From the NCBI GenBank assembly GCA_963668645.2, contig CAXXWC010000021.1:1216001-1280000 (forward strand): a DNA stretch of 64,000 bases. Reading direction: 5' to 3'. The translations under genes and the position numbers were made by a program. The notes under the pieces are model-generated. The model did no database searches. It was not told where the DNA came from and was given only the letters and a program-made list of their open reading frames with translations. Shown one piece after another: positions 55,814 through 64,000 of the stretch (positions are counted from its first letter, which is position 1; each line of letters starts with the position of its first letter). This stretch comes from Desulfobacterales bacterium. GTDB lineage: Bacteria > Desulfobacterota > Desulfobacteria > Desulfobacterales > UBA2174.

Positions 55814-56332
55814 ATGTTCATAATTGAAGAAGAACAATTACTTATTTGCCATGAATGTGTGAACGATATCTTTTTAAAAAAAGAAATTCGGTCTATTGGA
55901 AAACTAGGAAAATGTTCATACTGCGAAAAGAATTGCAAAGCAGTCCAGTTAAAGTGGCTCGCTGAGAATATACATGCTGCAATTGAAGAGCATTTCGATC
56001 TTACTTCTAATGAACCTTCGCCTCTCGAATATGCGCTGATAAACGATAAAGAATCGAATTATGATTGGGAACGTAAAGGCGAGTCTGTTAACATCCTAAT
56101 TCAAGACATAGCCGGAGTAGACGAGTCCGCAGCGGATGATGTTCAAAAATATCTTTCATTTCATTACGGTGGCGATCCGAAGGATTTTGAAGAAAATCCC
56201 TATGACCGCGAAGCGTGCTATGCGCAATATCAGCTAACCATGCAAATTCAGCCGACGCCAAAGGGCGGCGCGGCTGATTTGGTTAGGCACAGAGAAAAAT
56301 GCAGAGAATTGTCAGACCGCATTGAGATATGA
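55814..56332 (+). pseudogene. Cassette 5 ORF: truncated N-terminal domain of a HEPN/RES-associated protein
   Basis: ICHECVND...CSYC...WERKGESV; no catalytic domain follows and the frame runs through attC5. Confidence 0.55.
56232..56288 (+). repeat. attC site 5 (57 bp, shortened L'-R' spacer)
   Basis: AGCTAAC-CATGC-AAATTCAGCCGACGCC...GGCGCGGCTGATTT-G-GTTAGGC; same family as attC3. Confidence 0.8.
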
Positions 56333-56405
56333 CAGCCCAAAAATTATCAAAAGTTGATCGATACTATAAATTTAATATGAATATCAGCAAGTTATAAGAT
56401 AAATG

Positions 56406-56439
56406 GCCGGTTCAAGTCCGGCCTTCGGCACCAAATTTT
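56406..56439 (+). repeat. attR core (34 bp duplicate of the tRNA-Leu 3' end)
   Basis: Identical to 40563-40596. Confidence 0.95.
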
Positions 56440-56441
56440 CA

Positions 56442-56478
56442 AAGAGCCTACCGGGAAACCGGTAGGCTCTTGTTTTTT
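56442..56478. terminator. Intrinsic terminator (probable original tRNA-Leu terminator)
   Basis: 13-bp stem AAGAGCCTACCGG-GAAA-CCGGTAGGCTCTT followed by a T tract. Confidence 0.85.
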
Positions 56479-56954
56479 CAGCCGACCACAAATCGAGCCA
56501 GTTCCGGCGCCAAGGCTCTCAACCGCCTGGCCGCTTCACCTTGTGGATCGATCAGTTCGAAATCGGTGTACTCGAATCCCGGCGCCACCGAGCAGCCCAC
56601 CAGCACGCGACCGGCGACGGGCTCGGCCGCCTGCCAGGTTCCGGCCGGAACGACATGGCAAAAACAGTTGGCCGCTGCTGCCAGGGTGATGCAAGCCGGT
56701 GGCCGCTCATCGCCTTCCCACAGGTAAAGTCTCACACCCTGCCCTTGGTAGAGATTCCAGACCTCATCGCTGCCCACCCGGTGAAAACGGCTCGCCTCCC
56801 CCGGGTCGAGGGAAAAATAGATGTGGGTCAGGGCCGATCGGTGCCGGCCGTCCGCCCCCTGCACCCGAGCCAGCGATTTATAGATCTGCCGGAAGCGTCC
56901 CCCCTCCGGATGGGCGACCAGATCGATAGGCTGTATAGGATCAACGCATTGCAT
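56478..56954 (-). CDS. Cupin_5 (DUF985)-family protein
   Basis: HPEGGRF, SRFHRV-SDEVW, GTWQAA, CSVAPGFEYTDF. Confidence 0.9.
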   Translation of the reverse strand: MQCVDPIQPIDLVAHPEGGRFRQIYKSLARVQGADGRHRSALTHIYFSLDPGEASRFHRVGSDEVWNLYQGQGVRLYLWEGDERPPACITLAAAANCFCHVVPAGTWQAAEPVAGRVLVGCSVAPGFEYTDFELIDPQGEAARRLRALAPELARFVVG

Positions 56955-57019
56955 GACGAGCGACTTTAGCGTTCACCGGGTTCCCCTCCCACTACGCGAC
57001 AGTCATACCTGTTATTCTT

Positions 57020-57793
57020 CTATCTGGATTGGGATACCTTTTGCAGGATGTATAGTATCTCCTCCATCCCGATCCGACCATTGCGATCGACTTCCGCGTA
57101 GGTATAACTGTCTTGTGAAACAACACCGGCCATCACCTGAAGGCCCCGGACCGCATCGGCCAGATCGACGGTGCCGCTCAAGTCTATGTCACCTGAATAA
57201 AGGATCGCGTAGACCATTACCAGATACTTGCCATCTATCAGCGGCACACTGGTAAAGGCGGAACCATAATTTTGGCTGATATTATAGAGTGTTAATGAGG
57301 CGATGGCGTCCATGACGGCCAGGCTCTCTTCTGTCACCTGGCCGAAAACGGTGAACCCACCGTTCTGGGTATCCAGATTCGCCGAGTTGTCCACCAAGTT
57401 GAAAAACCATTCGCTGGTGGCGCTGTCCGGAAGATTGGGCAGCTTGGCCATGGCGATGGTGCCCCGCAGATTGGATAGATGAAACTCGTTGACGATCGGA
57501 TCTTTTTTAGCGATTTCATCGAAACCATCATCTCCGAAAGAGTACCCACCCCCCTGAATCACGAAACCCGTAACGGAACGGTGAATGACAGTCCTATTAT
57601 AGTCACCTGAATTCATGTATGATAAAAAATTCGCAACCGTAACCGGCGCAATCTCCTCGAAAAGCTCGATGTCGATATTACCCAGGGTGGTGATCATCCT
57701 CACCCGTTCGGCCCTTGCCGTCGATCCGAGGCAGCAGATCGCGATGAAAAAGCTCGTCCAAAAACAACAAATGGTCAGATGTATGCGCTTCAT
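57020..57793 (-). CDS. Secreted cyclophilin-type PPIase with a dockerin-like C-terminal module
   Basis: APVTVANFL, HRSVTGFVIQGGG, RGTIAMA, FTVFGQV; GDIDLSGTVDLADAV and EVDRNGRIGMEEIL. Confidence 0.88.
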   Translation of the reverse strand: MKRIHLTICCFWTSFFIAICCLGSTARAERVRMITTLGNIDIELFEEIAPVTVANFLSYMNSGDYNRTVIHRSVTGFVIQGGGYSFGDDGFDEIAKKDPIVNEFHLSNLRGTIAMAKLPNLPDSATSEWFFNLVDNSANLDTQNGGFTVFGQVTEESLAVMDAIASLTLYNISQNYGSAFTSVPLIDGKYLVMVYAILYSGDIDLSGTVDLADAVRGLQVMAGVVSQDSYTYAEVDRNGRIGMEEILYILQKVSQSR

Positions 57794-57845
57794 GCTGGTT
57801 GCCCTCTGAAAAAAACTGCTAATGTTATCCCAAGCTCCCCTCCCC

Positions 57846-57898
57846 TGTCATCCCGAATTGCCTTCTCCTGTCATCCCGAGCGGCGGCGAGGGGTCTCA
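57846..57898. repeat. REP-like intergenic repeat
   Basis: Tandem TGTCATCCCGA units, the second continuing GCGGCGGCGAGGGGTCTC. Confidence 0.45.
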
Positions 57899-58678
57899 TC
57901 CTGTTTGACGCTGTTCTCCCGTTTTTTTGCCCGAATGCAGATTCATCGTCGTTCCTCCAAGCATCATGTCACCGGCGGCAAAGGTCACCCCGCCGTCATA
58001 AATTCGAAAGCCCCCACCGCCGTCGACTTTCTCCAGGCCTGCCCGGACACCGGTCACTTTCCCCCGGATCTCCTTTTGAAAATGGATGCGCAGGCGCCGC
58101 AGGGCCGCCTCGGGGCCCCAGGCGCGCTCCACCGCCGTTTCCAGCATATCGAAATAGACCGTGTTATTGACGTGCCCCAGAGGATCGAAATCGCTGCTGC
58201 GGGTGGTAAAATTCACCGCGAAGGCATCCTCGGCGATCTCGGCCGGCTTCCAGTGGTCCAGGTCGCCGCAGCCGGCATCGCGGTCCTCCTTGATATAGGC
58301 CCGGCTCAACTCGGCCGGAATGCGTTGCAGGCGCTTTGAGGCCAGATCGAAATAGAGCCAGAGGCTGGTGGCGGTAACGATGCGCTTCTCTCCGTTAAAG
58401 ACCTCGAAATCGCGGTAGGCTCGAAACCCCCTGCTGCCCCGATGCCAGGTGACCACCCGCACGGTTTCGCGGTAGCGTGGCAGCCGGTCGATGACCACCG
58501 CCATCTTGCTCAGCACCCAGACCGTGCCCGCATGGAGCAGCTCACGGCTGCCCAATCCCACCTGCTCCGAGTGGGCCACGGCAGCCTCCTGGAGCAGTCT
58601 GAGCAGCGCGCGCAGCTGGATCGTAAAATTAGGATTAACGTCCGTGTAGGCGATGGTATGAACCTGCTCTATGTGCAT
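57896..58678 (-). CDS. Acyl-ACP thioesterase
   Basis: LQEAAVAHS, WVLS, DFDPLGHVNNTVY. Confidence 0.88.
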   Translation of the reverse strand: MHIEQVHTIAYTDVNPNFTIQLRALLRLLQEAAVAHSEQVGLGSRELLHAGTVWVLSKMAVVIDRLPRYRETVRVVTWHRGSRGFRAYRDFEVFNGEKRIVTATSLWLYFDLASKRLQRIPAELSRAYIKEDRDAGCGDLDHWKPAEIAEDAFAVNFTTRSSDFDPLGHVNNTVYFDMLETAVERAWGPEAALRRLRIHFQKEIRGKVTGVRAGLEKVDGGGGFRIYDGGVTFAAGDMMLGGTTMNLHSGKKTGEQRQTG

Positions 58679-58818
58679 CGGTAGACTTTCTTCGAGGCCG
58701 CGCTTCTTTGCCCCACCAGGGTCCGGCCCGAAACCGGCTCACTGCGAATCATTGACAACCCCCACCTGCCTGTTTTAGGAAGGACTTCGTCTTTTAACCT
58801 ACCACAAGGAGGAATCCG

Positions 58819-59232
58819 TTGTTCCACCCCCTATCCGAGCTGGACACTTTTCTCACCGAATGGTCCGATACCCCGCAAAAGAACCGGCAGGCCTTCGTCG
58901 AACTGAAACACCACCTGGACACCAAGCCGGAGGTGACGCTCTCCTTTGTCGCCCGGCCCGGGGTCACCTACTCGCTACGGGCCGCAGCCTCGGCCCGGAC
59001 CGACCGGCCCCTCTTTGCGATGGTGGATGTCATCGAGGACGATCCGCGTTGGCTTTCGATCTGCTTTTACGACGACACGGTGCAGGATCCGGACGAAATC
59101 GGCGACCACGTCCCCGAAGGGCTGCTGGGCGAGGATGCGGTCTGCTTCGATCTTGAATCCTACGACCCACGGATGCTCGCCTACGTCATGGCGCGCATCG
59201 ACGAAGCATTTGCCAGCATGAACCGCGATTGA
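58819..59232 (+). CDS. Conserved hypothetical protein
   Basis: AAGGAGG RBS; RPGVTYSLRA...PLFAMVDVI...WLSICFY; host-like codon usage. Confidence 0.7.
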   Translation: MFHPLSELDTFLTEWSDTPQKNRQAFVELKHHLDTKPEVTLSFVARPGVTYSLRAAASARTDRPLFAMVDVIEDDPRWLSICFYDDTVQDPDEIGDHVPEGLLGEDAVCFDLESYDPRMLAYVMARIDEAFASMNRD

Positions 59233-59260
59233 ACACCAGGGCAGCGCCAGCACGGCCAAG

Positions 59261-60667
59261 TCAGGCGCCTTCCCGGGCCGCTGCGGCCAGCTGGCCCAAT
59301 ATGGCTGCATGGGCATAGATCCCGCGCCGAAAGCAGGCCAGTTCGAACTTCTCGTTGGGTGAATGGACCCGATCGTCATCCAGGCCGAATCCGACCAGCA
59401 GCGAATCGATTCCCAGGATGCGGCGGATCTCGCCCACCACCGGGATGGAGCCGCCGGTACCGATGAGGGCCGCCTCGCGCCCGAAAGCCTCCTTTAGCCC
59501 GGACCGTGCCGCGGCCAGCCAGGGTGAATCGGTGGAGATCCGCACCGCGTCCGAACAACCGTAGCTCTTGAAAGTAAAGCGGCACCCGGGCGGGGTGCGG
59601 TCGGTGAAAAACTTCTTCAAATTCGCCATGACCTTTTCAGATCGTTGGGCCGCCACCAGCCGGCAGGAAATCTTGGCGGCGGCCCGGGCCGGGATCACCG
59701 TCTTGGCCCCGTCACCGGTATAGCCGCCCCAGATCCCGTTGCAGTCACACACTGGCCGGGCCCAGATCCGCTCCAGCAGGGAGCGGCCGGCCTCTCCCAC
59801 GTCGGCCGCCAGCCCGCCGCTGGCCAGAAAGGCCGCCTCGTCGAAGCCCAGCCGATCCCACATGGCCCTTTCTTCGGGCGAAAGTTCCACCACCTCGCTG
59901 TAAAAGCCCTCGATGGTCACACGCCGATTCCCGTCGTGCAGTTGGGCCACGATGGCCGCCAGGGCGTTGTTGGGATTGACGGCGCAGCCGCCGTACATTC
60001 CCGAATGCAGGTCGTGGCCCGGCCCGTGCAAAGTGGCTTCAAGATAGACCAGGCCGCGCAGCATGTAAGTGATGGCCGGCGTATCGATGTCCCACATGCC
60101 CGTATCGCTCACCACGCACACATCCGCCGCCAGGTCGCTGCGGGCCTCTTCGAGAAAGGGAATCAGGCTGGGGCTGCCCGATTCCTCCTCGCCCTCGAGC
60201 ATCACGGTGACGTTTACCGGCAGCCTTCCCGCCGCATTTTTCCAGGCCCTGAAGGCCTCGATGAAGGTCATCAACTGCCCCTTGTCGTCCGCGGCGCCCC
60301 GGGCCACAACACGCTTGCCGTGCGGCCCATCTTCCAAAACGGGGTTGAAGGGTTCGGTGCGCCATTCGTCCATGGGGTCGGGCGGCTGGACGTCGTAATG
60401 GCCATAGTAAAGGACCGTGGGGGCCTTTGGGCCGGCTTCGTGCTCCCGGGCCACCACCACGGGATGGCCGGTGGTGGCCCGGGCTTCGGCGGTGAATCCC
60501 AGATCGGCGAGTATCGCCACACACTGGTCGGCGGCCCTGCCGACATCCCCGGCAAATGCCGGATCGGTGGATATGCTCGGAATGCGCAGCAGTTCGAAAA
60601 GCCGCTTCAGGGAAGCGTCGAAACCGGCCTCGGCTGCTTGGATCACTGTGGGAATGGAATTTTTCAT
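59261..60667 (-). CDS. M20-family dipeptidase
   Basis: YGHYDVQP, RGAADDKGQ, EGEEESGS, HSPNE. Confidence 0.93.
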   Translation of the reverse strand: MKNSIPTVIQAAEAGFDASLKRLFELLRIPSISTDPAFAGDVGRAADQCVAILADLGFTAEARATTGHPVVVAREHEAGPKAPTVLYYGHYDVQPPDPMDEWRTEPFNPVLEDGPHGKRVVARGAADDKGQLMTFIEAFRAWKNAAGRLPVNVTVMLEGEEESGSPSLIPFLEEARSDLAADVCVVSDTGMWDIDTPAITYMLRGLVYLEATLHGPGHDLHSGMYGGCAVNPNNALAAIVAQLHDGNRRVTIEGFYSEVVELSPEERAMWDRLGFDEAAFLASGGLAADVGEAGRSLLERIWARPVCDCNGIWGGYTGDGAKTVIPARAAAKISCRLVAAQRSEKVMANLKKFFTDRTPPGCRFTFKSYGCSDAVRISTDSPWLAAARSGLKEAFGREAALIGTGGSIPVVGEIRRILGIDSLLVGFGLDDDRVHSPNEKFELACFRRGIYAHAAILGQLAAAAREGA

Positions 60668-60962
60668 CGTCAGGACTCCGCTGGGGCCAAGGGTTTAAGG
60701 CAACATGCCTGAAGAAACGCCATACCAGAAAGTAAATCGAAAGGGAAAAGGAAATGACGGAAAGTAAAGATAATGTAAACGCCTTGACGCCTTTGGCAAA
60801 GCCGCCTAAGTTGAATGCCGAAACGGCCGGGGACGGCAAGATTCTTCATTGTGCACCGGCTTTCCAGCGTCCACGGCCACTTGACATCTTCGACCACTTG
60901 ACCGACCGGTTCAAACCAACGCGTCGAGGCCCGCACCCCGGGCCCCAAGGAGGGTTGAAGCC

Positions 60963-62237
60963 ATGGATCCTTTTCATCACCGGCCTGAACAACTTCCCGC
61001 ACAGCACTCCCTGCCATCCAACCGAACAGCCCCGCCGACAGCGGCTTCCAACGGCCGCAACGCCAGACGCTACGGCCGCAAGTCTCCGCAGATCACACCA
61101 AAAAACAGCCACCGGCCGCCAGCCGACGATCGCTGGGCCACCGCAACCCGCAGGCTCCTGGAAGCGGCAGGTGTAACCCTGGGCGCAGAGCGTCCCTGGG
61201 ACATCCAGATCCACGACCGGCGCTTTTATCGCCGGGTGCTGACCCAGGGATCCCTCGGTCTGGGCGAGGCTTACATGGACGGCTGGTGGGACTGTGAACG
61301 ACTGGACATGTTTTTCGAGCGGATCCTGCGGGCCGGGCTCGATGCCCGGGTGATCTCCCTGCGCGACCGGCTGCGCCTGATCGGCGCCCGGCTGACCAAC
61401 CCCGGCAGACGGGCACTGGCCTTCCAGATCGGCCGCCACCACTACGATCTGGGCAACAGGCTTTACAGCGCCATGCTCGACCGGCGCATGATCTACTCGT
61501 GCGGTTATTGGGCCGCCGCCGGCAATCTTGATGAGGCCCAGGATGCCAAGCTGGACCTGATCTGCCGCAAGCTGGATCTCCAGCCCGGGATGCGGCTCCT
61601 GGACGTCGGATGCGGCTGGGGAGGGCTGGTTTGCTATGCGGCGCGCCGCCACGGCGTTTCGGCGGTGGGCATCACCGTTTCGGCCGAGCAGGCCGGCGAA
61701 GCTCGTCACCGCTGCGCCGGGTTGCCGGTGGAAATCCGTCTCCAGGACTATCGGGAAATCCAGGGGACCTTCGATCGCGTCGTTTCGGTGGGGATGGTGG
61801 AACACGTCGGGGTCAAAAACTACGCGGTCTTTTATGCCACGTTGCGCCGCCACCTGGCCGAAGACGGCCTATTCCTGTTGCACACCATCGGCAACAACCG
61901 CTCCCAGGTCAACACCGACCCATGGATCGAACGCTACATCTTTCCCAACTCCATGCTTCCCTCGGCGCTTCAGCTCTGCCGGGCCGCAGAGCCGTACTTC
62001 GTCATGGAGGACTGGCACAACTTCGGCGCCGACTACGACCGCACCCTGATGGCCTGGGCAGCCAACTTCGAAAGGCGCTGGAACGATCTTAAAGGGGTTT
62101 ACGACGAGCGCTTTTACCGCATGTGGCGCTACTACCTGCATGCATGTGCCGGATCCTTCCGCGCTCGCCAGGCCCAGCTCTGGCAGATCTTATACTCGCC
62201 GTATGGCGTCAAGGGAGGGTACCGGACGCCGCGCTGA
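60963..62237 (+). CDS. cfa: Cyclopropane fatty acyl phospholipid synthase
   Basis: GSLGLGEAYMDGWW, HYDLGN, LDVGCGWGG, SVGMVEHVG. Start uncertain. Confidence 0.93.
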   Translation: MDPFHHRPEQLPAQHSLPSNRTAPPTAASNGRNARRYGRKSPQITPKNSHRPPADDRWATATRRLLEAAGVTLGAERPWDIQIHDRRFYRRVLTQGSLGLGEAYMDGWWDCERLDMFFERILRAGLDARVISLRDRLRLIGARLTNPGRRALAFQIGRHHYDLGNRLYSAMLDRRMIYSCGYWAAAGNLDEAQDAKLDLICRKLDLQPGMRLLDVGCGWGGLVCYAARRHGVSAVGITVSAEQAGEARHRCAGLPVEIRLQDYREIQGTFDRVVSVGMVEHVGVKNYAVFYATLRRHLAEDGLFLLHTIGNNRSQVNTDPWIERYIFPNSMLPSALQLCRAAEPYFVMEDWHNFGADYDRTLMAWAANFERRWNDLKGVYDERFYRMWRYYLHACAGSFRARQAQLWQILYSPYGVKGGYRTPR

Positions 62238-62260
62238 CATCTCCTCGAACATCGGTCCTT

Positions 62261-63724
62261 TCAGCCGGACAGGCCGGATGAGGTTTCGCCGCAGACGTTG
62301 TCGCGCCCCTGTTTTTTGGCTTGGTACATGAGTTTGTCTGCCCGGGAAACGACCTGATTGAGGGTTTCCGGATCCCGGTGTTCTACAACTCCTGCACTGA
62401 GCGTAATCGACACCGTATGGCCGCCGTAGCAAATTTCACGGGAGGAAACGGCTTCCCGGATGTTTTCGGCGACTTTTCGAGCGTTCTCTATCCTGCAGTC
62501 GCCCAACAGAACCAGAAACTCCTCTCCGCCCCAGCGGCACAACACGTCTGTATCCCTGATCTTGCTGGACACGATTTCGGCAAAAATCTTCAGAACCAGA
62601 TCCCCGCATTCGTGCCCGTAGTTGTCATTGATCGTTTTAAAGCGATCGATGTCCAGGATTATCATCGACATATGGGAGTTATTGCGCTGTTTGCTTTTCA
62701 GCGCCTGAGAAAAGATCAGCGCGAAGGCATGGCGATTGTACACACCGGTAAGTGGATCGACAGTGGCCAACCTTTCCAGCTTTCGGTTGTAGCTGCGCAG
62801 GATAAGGCTCACCGTGACGACGATCAACACGGTGATCAAAACACCGATGGCGAGATTGATCCGAAGCCTCTGATAGAAAACGGCCTTCTGTGCATCCCCT
62901 CTTTTCAAGATGACCAGGGTCAGCTTGAACTCCGGAAAAAACCGTGAACTGGCGTAATAAACATGGCCATCGGGTTCATATTTGAACGAGGTCCCCGGAT
63001 TGGCCAGAATCTTCAGCGCGGCCCCGCCCAAATTCTCCCAATCGTGCAGATTCAGCGGGAAGCTGAAATTATCCGCATAAAGGATCACCTTACCGGTCTT
63101 GTCCACGAAGAAAACAATGCTGTCGTACTTTTCTTCATAGGAATTGAAGATCTCCTGGACCTGCCTTAACTCCAGGCCGACCCCCGTCACCCCGATCAGA
63201 TCGTTGTTATAGCCGTACACCTTGTAATTGATGAAGATCGTCACCCTCTTTCGATCCGCCGTATCGGTGTCGATATTGATCTCATAGTCATCCTCCATCT
63301 GCCGCACTCGAAAGTACCAGGCGTCCTGGGCGTCCTCGATGAAGACCTGCTTCAAGATCCCTTGCGGATGATAGTAGTTTCTCGTCTTTTCGGAGACGAA
63401 AAAGGCCGTCACCGTACGGTATCTGGATTGAATCTCGTCGAGAAACTTGACGATGTCGCCGGTATTTTTTTCTCCGGCCAACACCCAATCCCGCAAGAAG
63501 GTATCGTGGGCCATCAGCGAGGAGATGAAGATCGACTGGGCCACATCCTTTTGAATTTCGGAATAGACGTTATCGCTGGTCAACGGCAGGGTATTGCGGC
63601 TGATCTCCTCCTCCAGGCACCTGTGGGCGACAAAATAGCCGCTCAAAAGGGTAGAGGTGAACCCCACCACCAGGAGGCCGGCGATAAGGGCGATAATCCA
63701 GTATCTTCTTAAGATTGTAGTCAT
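62261..63724 (-). CDS. Membrane sensor (Cache-like) diguanylate cyclase
   Basis: Two TMs around a periplasmic domain; DPLTGVYNR, DIDRFKTIND, RWGGEEF. Confidence 0.93.
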   Translation of the reverse strand: MTTILRRYWIIALIAGLLVVGFTSTLLSGYFVAHRCLEEEISRNTLPLTSDNVYSEIQKDVAQSIFISSLMAHDTFLRDWVLAGEKNTGDIVKFLDEIQSRYRTVTAFFVSEKTRNYYHPQGILKQVFIEDAQDAWYFRVRQMEDDYEINIDTDTADRKRVTIFINYKVYGYNNDLIGVTGVGLELRQVQEIFNSYEEKYDSIVFFVDKTGKVILYADNFSFPLNLHDWENLGGAALKILANPGTSFKYEPDGHVYYASSRFFPEFKLTLVILKRGDAQKAVFYQRLRINLAIGVLITVLIVVTVSLILRSYNRKLERLATVDPLTGVYNRHAFALIFSQALKSKQRNNSHMSMIILDIDRFKTINDNYGHECGDLVLKIFAEIVSSKIRDTDVLCRWGGEEFLVLLGDCRIENARKVAENIREAVSSREICYGGHTVSITLSAGVVEHRDPETLNQVVSRADKLMYQAKKQGRDNVCGETSSGLSG

Positions 63725-63915
63725 AAATGATGTTTAGCACACCCATAGGGTGAACACAACGACCTATAGGACAACTAAGTGAGACATCCGCTCTTTTGAG
63801 GGTTTTGCTGGGCCGGGCCACTAAGCGGGGCCGAGTCTTTCGGTGGATGGGCAAAGCTATCCTCGAAACGCCGTTGCCCTATCCTTACTTGCGTATCCTG
63901 CTGAAAATTTGAAGT

Positions 63916-64000
63916 TCACCACTCAGGCATCTTCAGCGACAGGGCCACCGCGGTGCCGCAGAGGATAAAGCCGCCGACCAGGCCGATGCCGAGAGAAAAT
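63916..64000 (-). CDS. 3' end of a membrane protein (partial)
   Basis: Manual translation ...FSLGIGLVGGFILCGTAVALSLKMPEW*. Confidence 0.4.
   Translation of the reverse strand, partial: FSLGIGLVGGFILCGTAVALSLKMPEW

Larger units (their letters stand above)
40563..56439 (+). mobile_element. Integrated filamentous phage (inovirus-like) prophage, 15843 bp att-to-att, carrying an integron cassette array
   Basis: att direct repeat, tyrosine integrase, Rep_trans-type initiator, Zot/pI, secretin, pIII/pVI/coat-like genes, visible drop in GC. Confidence 0.92.

Noticed and set aside
53147..56288. Intergenic palindromes as simple terminators or CRISPR repeats
   Set aside because: They have no U-tracts, differ in length and sequence, and are separated by whole genes. 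The AAC/GTT cores and extrahelical bases fit attC. No cas genes or CRISPR array were seen in the window.
56406..56433. A second tRNA-Leu gene
   Set aside because: Only the T-arm and 3' acceptor strand are present, so it is attR.
63725..63915. c-di-GMP riboswitch upstream of the GGDEF gene
   Set aside because: Some hairpin potential, but I could not match the GEMM consensus on the coding strand.

Overview
GC-rich deltaproteobacterial (Desulfobacterales-like; inference from gene content) chromosome window. 1-13.7 kb holds the rpoC(partial)-rpoB-rplL-rplJ-rplA-rplK-nusG-secE-tRNA-Trp-rpmG-tuf-tRNA cluster, an MltD-type LysM transglycosylase and tRNA-Arg. 13.7-22.6 kb is an IS-littered patch with rfbB, rfbA, gmd and a degenerate AAA/DUF4143-like gene. 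22.6-40.6 kb is housekeeping (alaS, recA, thpR, kdsA-kdsC-lptCAB-rpoN-hpf-ptsN-rapZ, gap-tpiA-secG, tRNA-Leu). 40563-56439 is a 15.8 kb filamentous-phage (inovirus-like) prophage integrated at the tRNA-Leu(GAG) 3' end, bounded by a perfect 34-bp direct repeat. It encodes a repressor, pV-like SSB, pIII, pVI, Zot/pI, a lipoprotein secretin, four 40-50 aa coat-like peptides missed by the ORF track, a Rep_trans-type initiator and a tyrosine integrase. The standout: between its integrase and attR the phage carries a five-cassette integron array (five attC sites with matching R'/R'' cores, no intI in the window), and most cassettes look nuclease- or defence-like. 56.5-64 kb returns to host genes (cupin, cyclophilin, thioesterase, M20 peptidase, cfa, GGDEF). 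Family assignments come from motifs recognised by eye, not from database searches.
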